DNA of 64,000 nucleotides from an uncultured Alphaproteobacteria bacterium (GTDB lineage: Bacteria; Pseudomonadota; Alphaproteobacteria; Acetobacterales; Acetobacteraceae), in contig CAWISS010000020.1 in assembly GCA_963838815.1 (NCBI GenBank), forward strand, positions 21,334 through 85,333, given 5' to 3'. The notes under the pieces were generated by a model. The model did no database searches and was not told the DNA's origin. It saw nothing but the letters and a program-made list of their open reading frames with translations. Position numbers and translations under genes: made by a program. Below, piece after piece: positions 19,385 to 31,243 of the stretch. Each line of letters starts with the position of its first letter. Position 1 is the first letter of the stretch.

Positions 19385-19410
19385 AGAAGTCGGCATTCGC
19401 CGGCTTCTTT
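19385..19410 (+). terminator. Intrinsic terminator between the peptide gene and the convergent LysR gene
   Basis: AGAAGTCGGC-ATTC-GCCGGCTTCT followed by TT. Confidence 0.6.
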
Positions 19411-19470
19411 CCTTACAGCGACTTGATGTTTCGTTATACACCATCAAACGTCGCGGCATCCGAAACCAGT

Positions 19471-20385
19471 TCAAGTTCTCTCCACAGTTCTTACGACGCG
19501 CAGAATCAAGTTGCGTAGCCACTGGTGCGCAGGAACGTGGTTGGCCCGACGGTGCCATAACATGGCCGTAACCTGTCGTGGCGAGGCAAACGGTAGGGCC
19601 AGTACGTCCAGAGGAGCCCAACTTGCAAAGGTCCGGGCAGTACGGTCCGACAGGATGGCGATCATCTCAGACTGTGCAAGCGTTGCTGCCGCGGCTAGCA
19701 GCGGGGCGTGGAGCGTGACACGCCGTACCAGTCCGTGGCGGGCAAGCTCCGCATCAACGAAGTCGGTTTCTTCCCCAGTGGATGACAAAATGAGGTGCGG
19801 ATAGACGCCGAGGGCGTCTAGGGAAATCGTTCCATTCATGGCCGCCGGGTGGCCACGCCGCACGACCGCGGCAAAGCCGCTGTCAAACAGTCGCAAATCG
19901 GAAAATCGCTCAGCCGGTGCGGCAAGGCCACCAAGAGCCAAATCCAGCTCACCACGATCCAGACGTTCAGGTAGATCGAGCGTGCCGCTGGGACGCAGAT
20001 CGAGATGAACCCGCGGGGCTTGTACCGCCATGGCGGCAGCGATCGGAGCGGCAATCACCACCGTGCAGCGATTGTCCATGGCAACTGTGAAGCCGCGGTC
20101 GGCGGTTTTCGGGTCGAACGGAGCAGCGCCGTCAAGCGCAGTATGCAGGCCCTCCAACGCCGCCCGGACAGGCCCCACAATGCGTTCGGCATAAGGCGTC
20201 GGCTCCATGCCATCCGGCGTCCGCACCAATAGTTCGTCACGCAAGGCGGTCCGCAATCTGGCAAGTGCGTGGCTGATCGAGGGTTGCGTCATGTTGAGCC
20301 TGGCGGCCGCTCGGGTAACGTTGCGCTCTGACGCGACAGCATCGAATACAACAAGCAGGTTAAGGTCGAGCATCCGCCAGTTCAC
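19471..20385 (-). CDS. LysR-family regulator (NodD/LeuO/DntR-like)
   Basis: LDLNLLVVFDAV..NVTRAAARLNMTQPSISHALARLR; GTG start after GAGGAGG. Confidence 0.93.
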   Translation of the reverse strand: MNWRMLDLNLLVVFDAVASERNVTRAAARLNMTQPSISHALARLRTALRDELLVRTPDGMEPTPYAERIVGPVRAALEGLHTALDGAAPFDPKTADRGFTVAMDNRCTVVIAAPIAAAMAVQAPRVHLDLRPSGTLDLPERLDRGELDLALGGLAAPAERFSDLRLFDSGFAAVVRRGHPAAMNGTISLDALGVYPHLILSSTGEETDFVDAELARHGLVRRVTLHAPLLAAAATLAQSEMIAILSDRTARTFASWAPLDVLALPFASPRQVTAMLWHRRANHVPAHQWLRNLILRVVRTVERT

Positions 20386-20688
20386 GCGGTCCTCCTCTGC
20401 GATGGGCTGACTTACCCGTGCGGCAACGCCGAGCATGACTGGCACTATGCACCTTGCGCATGTCTTAATGAACACACCGCGTCGGCGGCCGATCGCGGAC
20501 CACCTCAAGTGTCGCCACGATCATCGCGTGGCCCGGCTTCAATTGGTGGCTGGTGACGCCTCGGCACACGAGGATCAGGCTGCTGAGGTAAGCCAGACGT
20601 GGCGAATGGGTGCGGATCACAACATGCGGCCTTGCGATGGCATCGCCAGAGGTTATGAAGCATCCGGTTTTATCCGACAGGGTGTCCC

Positions 20689-23380
20689 ATGCCAGGTCAT
20701 TTGCTTGATACCGCTGAAGGCAAACGCCTTGCGGACCGCGACGCTTGGCTACATTGGGGGCCGTATCTGGCCGAACGGCAGTGGGGCACCGTCCGCGAGG
20801 ACTATTCGGCCACCGGCGACGCCTGGAATTACCTGCCGCACGAACATGCCCGCAGTCGCGCCTATCGCTGGGGCGAGGACGGCATCGCCGGCTTCACCGA
20901 CGATCGGCTGCGCTGGTGCCTTTCGTTAGCGTTATGGAACGGCCGCGACGCGATCCTGAAGGAGCGGATGTTTGGGCTGACCAACGCGCAGGGCAACCAT
21001 GGTGAGGACGTCAAGGAACTCTACTACTTCCTCGACGGCACGCCGACCCATTCGTATATGCGGATGCTTTACAAATACCCCCAGGCAGCATTTCCATACG
21101 ATGACCTGATCGAGCAAAATGCCAGACGAAGCCAGGCGGAAGCCGAATACGAACTGCTCGATACCGGTATTTTTGATGGCGGCCGCTATTTCGACGTGAC
21201 GGTGGAATACGCCAAAGCGACGCCGGAAGACATTTTGATCCGTATCACGATCGAAAATTGCGGGCCCGACAGCGGCGGAGCTGCACGTGTTGCCGCAACT
21301 CTGGGCCCGTAACACGTGGGACTGGAGGTTGGGTATCCCGAAGCCCCGGCTGCACCTGGTTCACGGTGCGGTGGAAGCCGAGCATGCCCGAATGCCGATC
21401 CGGCGGCTCGAGATCGATGCTGAAGCGACCTGGCTGTTCTGTCGCAATGAAACTAATACACGGCGCCTCTACGGATTGGATGCGTCCGGACCTTTCAAGG
21501 ATGGCATCAACGATTTTGTCGTGGACGGCCAGACCGACGCTGTCGATCGCCAACAGGGAACAAAATGCGCCGCGCACGTAAAGCTGACGCTCTCGCCAGG
21601 CGAGCGGCGTGTGCTGCGTTTGCGTTGGCGCCCGCTGGCTCCTGCTGATGGTTGCGGTAGTAAAGATCCATTTGCCGATCACGATGAAATCCTGGCCGCT
21701 CGTCAAGCCGACGCGGATGCGTTCTACGCCGCTTCTGCAGTCCAACATCGCGGATGCCGATGCTCGGCTGGTGCAGCGTCAGGCCCTGGCCGGCATGCTG
21801 TGGTCCAAACAATTCTACCGGTTCGACATTCGTCGCTGGTTGGAAGGTGATCCGCTGCAGCCCGCACCGCCGCCCGAACGTCAGCAAGTCCGCAACGCCG
21901 AATGGTTGCACTTGAACAACCGCGACATCATCTCGATGCCGGACACCTGGGAGTATCCCTGGTACGCCGCCTGGGACCTCGCCTTCCAAGCCGTCACCTT
22001 CGCGCTGATCGACCCGGCAGTTCGCCAAGCAGCAGTTGCTGCTCCTGACGCATGAGTGGTTCATGCACCCCAATGGGTCGTTGCCCGCCTACGAGTGGGC
22101 ATTCGGCGACGTCAACCCGCCGGTGCACGCATGGGCCGCGTGGCGCGTCTACCGCATGGACGCAGCGCTGACCGGCACCGCTGACTTCGAGTTTCTGGAG
22201 CGCATTTTCCACAAGCTGATGATGAATTTCACCGGTTGGGTGAACCGCCAGGATGTCGAAGGCCGCAACGTCTTCCAGGGCGGTTTCCTGGGACTGGACA
22301 ATATCGGCGTTTTCGACAGCAGTCAGAAACTTCCCGTGGAGGGCCGGATCGACCAGTCGGACGGCACCTCCTGGATGGCGATGTATGCGCTGAACATGAT
22401 GCGCATCTCGCTGGAGCTCGCCGCCCGCAACCGCGTTTACGAAGCGACCGCCACAAAATTCTTCGAGCACTTTCTGGCGATCGCCGAGGTCATGACGCGC
22501 GCAAAGCGGACGCCGCGGCCTGTGGGACGAGGTCGACCAGTTCTACCACAACGTATTGCAGCGTCCCGACGGTTCAGCAATTCCCCTGCGGCTCTATTCA
22601 TTGGTCGGCCTGTTCCCGCTCTTCGCGGTCGAGGTGCTGGAACCGGAGGCGCTGGCACGCTCACCTGAATTCGCCGCCCGCCTGCAATGGGTGCTGCAAC
22701 ATCGGCCCGACCTTGCGGCGCTGGTATCGCACTGGGAGGTGGAAGGGCAGGGATCCCGGCGCCTGCTCTCCCTGCTGCGTGGCAGCCGGATGAAGGCCCT
22801 GCTGCGGCGGATGCTGGATGAGACGGCGTTTCTCTCGCCCTTTGGCGTACGCAGCGTGTCTCGGTTCCACCTGGACCGGCCTTTCACGCTGGAACTGGAT
22901 GGCAAGCATTTCAGCGTGGGCTACGTCCCGGGTAACAGCATCAACCGCGAGTTCGGCGGCAATTCCAACTGGCGTGGTCCGGTCTGGATGCCGGTCAATT
23001 TCATGTTCGTCGAAGCACTCTACGGGTTCCATCGCTATTACGGCGACGATTTCCGCGTCGAGTATCCGACTGGGTCCGGCACCAAGCTGAGTCTCAAGGA
23101 GATTGCTGATGAATTATCCGCGCGGCTGACCCGGCTGTTCCTGCGTGGGCCGGATGGACGGCGGCCGGTCTTCGGCGATCAGGCTCTGCTGCAAGAGGAT
23201 CCGCGTTTCCGCGACCATGTTCTATTCCACGAATATTTCCACGGCGATACCGGCCAAGGCCTTGGCGCCTCGCACCAGACCGGGTGGACGGGCCTGGTCG
23301 CTCTGCTGCTGCATGGGCGGGAGGAGGACGATCCGACCCGGATGGACATGCGGCCGGGTGACGATCCGGTACCGGGGTAA
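20689..23380 (+). CDS. GH63/MGH1-like glycoside hydrolase, split by about 4 frameshifts
   Basis: [85 protein letters not shown] across five ORF pieces. Confidence 0.9.
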
Positions 23381-23582
23381 ATATCCCAAAGCGAATCGAT
23401 GGCCGTCACACGTTTTGCACCAACCATTCGAAAAGCGCACGGGTTGCGCGCAGGCGCGTCGCGGCTGGCATGGAAAGTGCCCGCTGTGTCAGCCTCAACG
23501 CGGGCCGCTATTACGTACGACCAGTTCGCCTGGCACCCGCTCGGGGAGATGAAATTCCGCAAGAGTTCCGGCCTCCGACTCC

Positions 23583-24095
23583 CTACGCTGCCGCTCCAAT
23601 GCTGAACGACACCTTTGGCGGCGTCTTCAGCGTCTGCAGGATGACGCAATACCGTTCGGTCGTCTGGATCATCCGTTCCAGCTTGGCGGGATCAGCGTCG
23701 CTGTCGACCTCGAAGCGGAGCGAAATCTCGGTCAACCCGACCGGCACACTGCGATCGATCCCCAACGTGCCGCGCGCGTCCCAGACGCCCTCGGCTATGA
23801 TGCGCCCGCCGCTGATCGTCACCCCCATCGCTGTCGCCACCGCGCGCAATGTCACACCGGCGCAAGCGATCAGCGCCTCCAGCAGCATGTCGGCTGAACA
23901 GGCCAGCTCACCCGAACCACCGCCCGCCTTGTGCAGCCCGGCGGTCACCTCGCCGTGCCAGGTGTGCACCGAGCAAGCGATGTCTCCGGCCTCCAAAATG
24001 CCCTCGGCGCGGGCCGCCACACGCGCCTCCTCCGGCTTCTCTCGGTAAAGTTGCTTCAGCGGCGCCTGCAGGGCGCGAAGCTGTTCCGTGTTCAT
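23583..24095 (-). CDS. OsmC-family protein
   Basis: LACSADMLLEALIACAG and TERYCVI conserved Cys. Confidence 0.9.
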   Translation of the reverse strand: MNTEQLRALQAPLKQLYREKPEEARVAARAEGILEAGDIACSVHTWHGEVTAGLHKAGGGSGELACSADMLLEALIACAGVTLRAVATAMGVTISGGRIIAEGVWDARGTLGIDRSVPVGLTEISLRFEVDSDADPAKLERMIQTTERYCVILQTLKTPPKVSFSIGAAA

Positions 24096-24330
24096 GATTT
24101 TCCTCCGATGTCAGTTGCCACGGCGCATGCGAGCCGCGGGATGGCCCAGCCGAACCATTCAGCTTCTCCCGCCGCATTCTCTCTGCAGCAGTGGAGCGGT
24201 TGACGTGGTGCATTCTTGAGGCAGTAGCACCAGATCATCGACATCCACAAATATTCGGACGTTTTCGTGCGGGCCAGCCTGCGCCAAATCCGGCGCTTGC
24301 CCCGACATGGCTCGCAAACGAACCCCTTCC

Positions 24331-24990
24331 TTACCGGTCCACCGGTGCGCCACCCGGGAAGAAATGCCGGTAGGGCCGAGCTTCTTCAATCGCCCGGGCG
24401 AACGAAGGGCGATTGCGAAGGGTGCGAAGATAGTTTGAAAGGTAGGCGTGGCCTTCGATCGGATGCACCCAATCGGCATAAAACAGGGCTGGTGCAGCGG
24501 CGCAGTCAGCGAGACTGAAGCGATCCGCGGCGGCCCACTGACGTGATGCCATGCGCGCATCGAGCCATTGATAGGAGCTATCCAGTTGCGAACGCGCCAG
24601 GCTGACGCCATGCGGGTCGCGGAGAGCGTCCGGCCGCGCGCGGTCGAACACGATCGCCTGCATAGGCGTCATGACGTAACAGTCGAAGATGCGATCAAGC
24701 ATTCGAACCTCAAGCGCAAGGTCCAGCGCTTCCGGGATCAGTCGCTGCGGTCCAGGGTGGCGCATGTCGAGCCATTCAATGATGACGCTGGATTCGAGCA
24801 GCGTCTGCTCATCTGCTTGCAGGACCGGGAACTTCTCCAGCGGCCAGATGGCTCGCAGCGCGTCACCCGCCGAGGGATTGTCCGACGAGAGCAGGCGAAG
24901 TTCGAAAGGCGCGGCTTTCTCGTACAGCGCAATCAGCACCTTCTGGCAATAGGATGAGAAGGGATGGGCGTATAAAATAGGAACAGACAT
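24331..24990 (-). CDS. Glutathione S-transferase family protein
   Basis: HPFSSYCQKVLIALYE, KFPVL, ESSVIIEWL, FSLADCAAAPAL. Confidence 0.93.
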   Translation of the reverse strand: MSVPILYAHPFSSYCQKVLIALYEKAAPFELRLLSSDNPSAGDALRAIWPLEKFPVLQADEQTLLESSVIIEWLDMRHPGPQRLIPEALDLALEVRMLDRIFDCYVMTPMQAIVFDRARPDALRDPHGVSLARSQLDSSYQWLDARMASRQWAAADRFSLADCAAAPALFYADWVHPIEGHAYLSNYLRTLRNRPSFARAIEEARPYRHFFPGGAPVDR

Positions 24991-25235
24991 CAGACCCCCA
25001 GAGAAACTGACTGCTTGCACTACGCAAGCGGTTTTCTGAGTAGCCGAACCGCTCCTATCTTGCAAGCAGCGTACTCGCCAAGGCGGTCAGTGGAGCGCAC
25101 TGCAGGCTTCCGCCAGCAGTCCAAGGCTTGCCGAAAACCAGCCTACCTGGACGCCTCAATCAAGTCTGTATCGATATCACAATGAAAACCATTGGCGCAA
25201 CTTTGCCGTTGCAGCGCTACCCCAACGCCGGCTGC

Positions 25236-26414
25236 TCAGCCTTGCTTCGCCAACTGCCGCTCCACCAGCGTCGCCCACCAGGACGCGCCGATCGGCAAGA
25301 TCTCGTCATTGAAGTCATACTTCGGATGATGCAGCAGCGGATCGTTCTTGCCGCGTGCGCCGCCCAACATCAGATACGCGCCCTGCTTGACGTTCAGCAT
25401 GTAGGCGAAATCCTCGCCGCCCATCGTCGGCGACCGCCATCTCCTTCACGCCCTCCGCCCCGGCGACCGCGGTGGCTGCCTCTACCGCCAGCGCGTCGCC
25501 TCCGCATCGTTTACCGTGGCCGGCGCGTGCCGGCCGAACCTGCACCTCGGCTGTTGCGCCGAAACTGGCCGCGATGCCCTCCGTCAGCCGGCGTAGCTCG
25601 GCCTCGATCTTGTCGCCGACGTGCGGCTTGTACCAGCGCGCCGTGCCCTTCATCACCACCCGCTCGGGCAGGATATTATAGGCTTCGCCGCCGGCGATGC
25701 TGCCGATCGACACGACGCCGCTTTCGATCGGTTCGATCGAGCGCGAAACGATTGTCTGCAGTGCGCCGATGATCTGTGCCGAAACCACGATCGGATCGAT
25801 CCCCTCATGCGGGAAGGCGCCGTGGCTGCCGCGGCCGGTGATCACGATATCGAAAAATCCCACCGCGGCCATCACCGGGCCGGTGCGCCATGAGAAATGT
25901 GCCGGCCTTGCCCTGCGGCCAGTTGTGCAGCCCGAACACCTTGTCCATCGGGCAACGCTCGAACAGTCCGTCCTTCACCATCTTGTCGGCACCGCCCTCG
26001 AATTCCTCCGCCGGCTGGAAGATCAGATAGACCGTGCCGTCGAAGTTGCGCGTTTCCGCCAGGTATTTCGCCGCCCCCAGCAGCATCGTCGTGTGACCGT
26101 CATGGCCGCACGCGTGCATCACGCCGGGGTTGCGGCTGGCATACGGCAGCCCGGTCTCCTCCTGCATCGGCAATGCATCCATGTCCGCCCGCAAGCCGAT
26201 CGCCCGGCCCGACGATCCGCCCCGGATCACCCCGACAACCCCATGTTCGGCCATGCCCGGTGATGATCTCGTCCACGCCGAACTCGGTCAGCCTGTCGCG
26301 CACCACGCCGGCGGTCCGCACCTCCCGCATCGAAAGTTCCGGGTGCGCATGCAGGTCCTGCCGCCAGGCGGTCATTTCGGGATGGAATGCGGCGATCTGG
26401 TTGATGATCGGCAT
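25236..26414 (-). CDS. M20 amidohydrolase (hippurate hydrolase-like), multiple frameshifts
   Basis: HAHPELS, LRADMDALP, MHACGHDGHT, FQPAEE, GGEDFAYML, LHHPKYDFND. Confidence 0.9.
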
Positions 26415-26454
26415 GACGGTCTCCAGGTCAGGACTGTTGGGGTGGACGGAAAGG

Positions 26455-27304
26455 TTAGGGCAAGCCCCTGGGCCAGCGGTAAGGCTCGACGCCCAGCGTA
26501 TCGCGCATGAACGAAATGTCGAATGCCTTATCCTCGACCAGGCGGCGGATTTCATCCGGCTGGATGGTGGGCAATGAGGTAATGTGGCGCGTCAGCCTGG
26601 CAGCCGCGATCAACGGCGTTGCGGGAAAGGGCAGGATGAACGGCCGCCGCAAACCGGCCGCGACCGCGACCGCCCGCACAAAATCCGCGTAACGGATCGG
26701 CTCCGGTCCAGCAATCACGACACTGGTGGGCGCCTCCCATCGCCGCTCCAGGGCCGCGCGGATGCAGCGCGTGACATCGTCCTGATGGATCGGCTGGACC
26801 AGGAAGCGTCCGCCGCCTGGCATCGGCAAGACCGGCAGCCGCCGTAGCAGCGCCGCCAGCCGCTGCACATTATCTTCGCCCGCGGCGCCGTAGATCATCG
26901 TTGGATGCAGCATGATGCCGCGACGGCCGGCAGCCAGCAGTGCCGCTTCGCCCGCCAGCACGCCATTGCCGTGCCGGTCCGGCCAGCGGGTGAATTTCCG
27001 AGTGCTGCCCAGCAGAACCAGGTCAGCCGAAGCCGGCGCGGCGGCCAGGATTGCCGTTGTATGCCGAGCATGGGCGCAGGAGACGATGCGGGTGGCGTCG
27101 GCGAGGGCGCGGCGCAGCGCGCCATCGTTTGCATCCGGCTGGCGCAGGTCAGCCTGACGCGCGGGTATGTCCAGATCCGGACGCTGTCCATTTGGCGGGG
27201 TCCCGCACCACCGGGACGACGGAAATGCCATCGGCCAGCAGGGATCGGCTCAGCGCCAGGCCAGACCGGCCGGAGGCACCAATGACATGAACAGCATCGG
27301 CCAT
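26455..27304 (-). CDS. NAD(P)-binding epimerase/SDR family protein, frameshifted
   Basis: MADAVHVIGASGRSG Rossmann start at 27304; LHPTMIYG, QPIHQDDV. Confidence 0.8.
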
Positions 27305-27409
27305 TGCCGCTCAAAGCCATATTGGGCGCCGCGGCACAAGCCACTCGCAGCCGACGGTAATTTTGCTAAAGTTAAAATAGCGACCAAGGCAAGAAGGGAG
27401 GGTCTCCAG

Positions 27410-28642
27410 ATGACTATCAGCCGACGCGGTGCCATGGGCGTCGCCACGGGTGCCATCGCCGCGAGCGCCGTGCGACCGTCATTTCGCGCCCATGCGCAAA
27501 CGAGGCCGGTTATCCGCATCGGCGTGATGAACGATCAGTCGGGCCCGTATCGCGACGTAAACGGCCCCACCGGCGTGATTTGCGCCAAACAGGCGGTGCA
27601 GGAGTATGCCGCCGGCGGATTCGACGTCGAAGTTCTCTCGGCCGACCATCAGAACAAGCCGGACGTCGCGGTATCGCTGGCCCGCGAGTGGTTCGACCAG
27701 CGCGGCGTGGACATCATCATCGACATCGCCGCGACCTCATGCGCTTTGGCACTCGCATCGATCGTGCGGGAAAAAAACAAGATAATGATTGCGACGAGCA
27801 CCGCGACATCCGACCTTACCGGAAAGGCCTGCACGCCGAACTCCATCCACTGGGTGTTCGACACCTACATGGAGGCAAGATCCACCGGCGGTGCGATTGT
27901 CAAAGCCGGCGGCGATAGCTGGTATTTTATCACGCCCAATTACGCATTCGGCCAGGCGATGCAGCGCGACACCACGAACCTTGTCGACGCCGGGGGCGGC
28001 AAGGTGCTGGGCGCGCAGGTCTACCCGTTTCCGGAAACCACGGATTTTTCAGCGTATCTGGTGAAGGCGCAAGCCTCGGGGGCGAAGATCCTCGGCATCT
28101 GCGGCGCCGGATCGGACCTCATCAACATCGTCAAGCAGGCGCATGAATTCGGCCTGTCGCAGACGATGAACATTGCGGCGATGGTCGCCTATACGACGGA
28201 CGTGCGCTCAATCGGGATCGAGATGGCGGCTGGCCTGCGCCTGTCGGAAACCTATTACTGGGACTTGAACGAACGGACCCGCAGCTTCCAGAAGCGCATC
28301 CAGCCCAAGGTGACACTGTGGCCAAACATGGCACAGGCGGGGGATTATTCCTGCGTCCTGCATTACCTCAAGGCCGTTACCAACATAAGTCCGGCGGCGG
28401 CCAAGGCCGACGGCGCCGCGACGGTGGCGCGGATGAAGGCCATGCCGACGGACGATGACTGTTTTGGTCCGGGTCGGATCCGTGAAGATGGTCGCAAGAT
28501 CCATCCGGTCTACCTGTTCGAGGTCAAGCGGCCGAACGAAAGCAAGCACCAATGGGATCTCTACAACCTGCTCGGGAGCACGCCGGCAGAGGATGCATTT
28601 CGCCCGCTCACGGATAATGCCTGCCCGCTGGTGAAAGCCTAG
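27410..28642 (+). CDS. Branched-chain amino acid-type ABC substrate-binding protein (Tat)
   Basis: SRRGAM signal; IGVMNDQSGPY, ADHQNKPD, TPNYAFG, GRIREDGR. Confidence 0.92.
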   Translation: MTISRRGAMGVATGAIAASAVRPSFRAHAQTRPVIRIGVMNDQSGPYRDVNGPTGVICAKQAVQEYAAGGFDVEVLSADHQNKPDVAVSLAREWFDQRGVDIIIDIAATSCALALASIVREKNKIMIATSTATSDLTGKACTPNSIHWVFDTYMEARSTGGAIVKAGGDSWYFITPNYAFGQAMQRDTTNLVDAGGGKVLGAQVYPFPETTDFSAYLVKAQASGAKILGICGAGSDLINIVKQAHEFGLSQTMNIAAMVAYTTDVRSIGIEMAAGLRLSETYYWDLNERTRSFQKRIQPKVTLWPNMAQAGDYSCVLHYLKAVTNISPAAAKADGAATVARMKAMPTDDDCFGPGRIREDGRKIHPVYLFEVKRPNESKHQWDLYNLLGSTPAEDAFRPLTDNACPLVKA

Positions 28643-28777
28643 CTGTAGGCCGGCGAAACCATCCCATCAGGTGCCGGGCACAGCCGCATAATGCTGCTCC
28701 GGTGTGCCTGATCCAGTGAGCTGCGATGGGTGGCAAAATTCCGCGTAGGCGGCGGATCGCCTGACGGTGCCGCAGCC

Positions 28778-29584
28778 TTACCGAATCCCGGCCGAGGGAT
28801 CGATCCGCAGGTCGATGCGTTGCACCGGGCCGTCAGGCAACTCGGCAACTTCCTCGAAGGTGTGCCACGGCCGCTCCGCCACCGGGCGAAGATCGGATGG
28901 CACCCGATTGATCGCGGGCAGCGGTGCCGGACGATCGATGCTTGCGGTCAACACGCCATTGTCTGGTCGGTTGTAAATGAAACCATAGGTCGGATAAACC
29001 GAACCGAACTCACCCTTTCTTGAAAGCTGCACGCGGACCGCCGACCAGTTGTTGGCCTCCGAAACGTCCACCACGGCGACGTCATGCGACACACTGCCGC
29101 GCATGCCGTTGCTGGGCCAGTTGGCGTGGTCGACAATGATTTCACGGGCGTTCACCACCTGCCGAACCACCGCCACGTGCCCCAGGCGCATCCGGCTGTT
29201 GCTGCGAAAGGCGAGAACGCCGCCGGCCTCTGGCCGCTGGCCGCGCGCATACTGGCCGGCTGCGTTGCCCCACCACTGCCAGGCGTTTCCGCCAATGCGT
29301 ATGCCGGAGACCTCTCGGGCATACGGAACGCAGGATATCCCAGAAGACCAGGTAGGCGTGCGTTTGCCGATTTCCTTTCGGCCGCTGCCGTGCCCGGTCG
29401 TCCACTCCGGGCCGCTGAGCCTGTCGTCTGTGACACTTGTGCTGATGGGATGCGTCAGGGGAGACGCATCCTGCTGGCGAGCGGTACTTGCGTCGGCTTG
29501 GATGGTGAGGAGAGGAGTGCATAACGATAACGAGAGTGCGGAACCGACCAGAGAATTCGTTGCATTGCCTCTCCATTTCCGCAT
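28778..29584 (-). CDS. CHAP-domain cell wall peptidase
   Basis: SCVPYAR, GNAWQWW, GHVAVV, DHANW, VVDVSEANNWSAVRV. Confidence 0.9.
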   Translation of the reverse strand: MRKWRGNATNSLVGSALSLSLCTPLLTIQADASTARQQDASPLTHPISTSVTDDRLSGPEWTTGHGSGRKEIGKRTPTWSSGISCVPYAREVSGIRIGGNAWQWWGNAAGQYARGQRPEAGGVLAFRSNSRMRLGHVAVVRQVVNAREIIVDHANWPSNGMRGSVSHDVAVVDVSEANNWSAVRVQLSRKGEFGSVYPTYGFIYNRPDNGVLTASIDRPAPLPAINRVPSDLRPVAERPWHTFEEVAELPDGPVQRIDLRIDPSAGIR

Positions 29585-29926
29585 GCGAATCGATCCTGAC
29601 CGTTCCAGACTGGATCGCCGGTAGCAGCAGGGTCGCGAAGCTGACAACCCGTTGACGCGATCGTTCCGCCTGGCAGGTCCCGATTCGATGATTTACCCTG
29701 TGGATGAGTGTCCGTTTAAGGATTTCCATCCTAATCAATAAGAACCCTACCTTGTGACTGCGAAACTCCAGTTTAATCTGTTACCGTCTTTTGAAAATCG
29801 TATAGATAATTTTGAAACCAGTCTTACATCGATCTAAATTCGCGCTGCAACCACGGCGCCCAGTCATTATGCGTGAACTGGAAAAGATACGTTGCGTCGC
29901 CGATCGATTTGCAGGAATGTAGGTCC

Positions 29927-30781
29927 ATGCAGCCTGAGGCATCCCATCCCGAGACACCTCATTGCGTGCATGTCGCGTCGTTAAAAATCGGCAACGACAG
30001 GCCGTTCGTCCTGATCGCCGGCCCATGCCAGATCGAATCGCGTGCTCATGCGCTGGAGGTCGCCGGGGAACTCCATGCCATCTCCGACCGCACCGGGGTG
30101 CCGATCATCTACAAATCCAGCTTCGACAAGGCGAACCGCACCAGCGCCTCGGCTGCGCGCGGCGTCGGCATGGAGGCTGGGTTAGCGATCTTGGCCGAGG
30201 TGCGCCAGGCCACCGGTCTTCCGGTGCTGACCGATGTCCATGCGCCGGAGCAATGCGCCCGCGCCGCGCAGGCGGTGGATGTGTTGCAGATCCCCGCCTT
30301 CCTATGCCGCCAGACCGACCTGCTGATCGCCGCCGGCGAAACCGGTCGTGCCATCAACGTCAAGAAGGGCCAGTTCCTCGCGCCGTGGGACATGGTGAAC
30401 GTCGCCGCCAAGATCGCCGCCACCGGCAATCGGAACATTCTACTGTGCGAGCGCGGCGCCAGTTTCGGCTACAACACCCTGGTCACCGATTTTCGCAGCC
30501 TGCCGATCATGGCGCGCACCGGCTATCCCGTGGTGTTCGACGCCACCCACTCCGTGCAGCAGCCGGGCGGCCAGGGCACCTCCTCCGGCGGCCAGCGGGA
30601 GTTTGCCCCGGTACTGGCCCGCGCGGCGCTGGCGGTCGGTGTCGCGGCGGTGTTCATCGAGACCCATCCCGACCCCGACCAGGCCCCCAGCGACGGTCCC
30701 AACATGATCCCGCTGCGCCAGATGGAGGCGCTGGTCACCCGCCTGGCCGCGTTCGACCGATTGGCAAAGCAGGGTGCCTGA
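29927..30781 (+). CDS. kdsA: KDO 8-phosphate synthase
   Basis: [50 protein letters not shown]. Confidence 0.97.
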   Translation: MQPEASHPETPHCVHVASLKIGNDRPFVLIAGPCQIESRAHALEVAGELHAISDRTGVPIIYKSSFDKANRTSASAARGVGMEAGLAILAEVRQATGLPVLTDVHAPEQCARAAQAVDVLQIPAFLCRQTDLLIAAGETGRAINVKKGQFLAPWDMVNVAAKIAATGNRNILLCERGASFGYNTLVTDFRSLPIMARTGYPVVFDATHSVQQPGGQGTSSGGQREFAPVLARAALAVGVAAVFIETHPDPDQAPSDGPNMIPLRQMEALVTRLAAFDRLAKQGA

Positions 30782-30787
30782 TCGCGC

Positions 30788-31243
30788 GTGACCCGGCCCG
30801 ACCCTGCCATTATTTCCCGCCTCCGCTCGACCTGCCTGGCGCTGCCGGAGGCGGTGGAAAAGAAAACAAACCTGGGACGTGCCCACCTTCCGCATCCGCG
30901 ACAAGATCTTCGCCATGCGCCACATCGCTGACGTTCAGTCGCGCAAAGCCATGCGATCCCTGTGGTGCAAGGCCCCGCCAGGCGTCCAGGCCATCCTGGT
31001 GGCAGCCGTCCCAAGCGCTTCTTCCGCCCGCCCTATGTCGGTCCCAAGGGCTGGATCGACATCCGGCTGGACGCGGCGGTCGACTGGCCGGAGCTCGAGG
31101 ACCTGGCCAGCTGCCGCTATCGCATGACGGCGCCAAAGCGTCTGCTCAGCAATCCAGCCGATACACCCGCCGCGCCGTCCCGGCGAAGATCGCCGCTTTC
31201 TCGTCGGCCGGAGCGCCGGAGGCCAGCCGCTTCAGCGCGTTGA
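30788..31243 (+). CDS. MmcQ/YjbR-family protein, frameshifted
   Basis: RLRSTCLALPEA / PTFRIRDKIFAM / RFFRPPYVGPKGWI / YRMTAPKRL in three frames; end uncertain. Confidence 0.8.
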
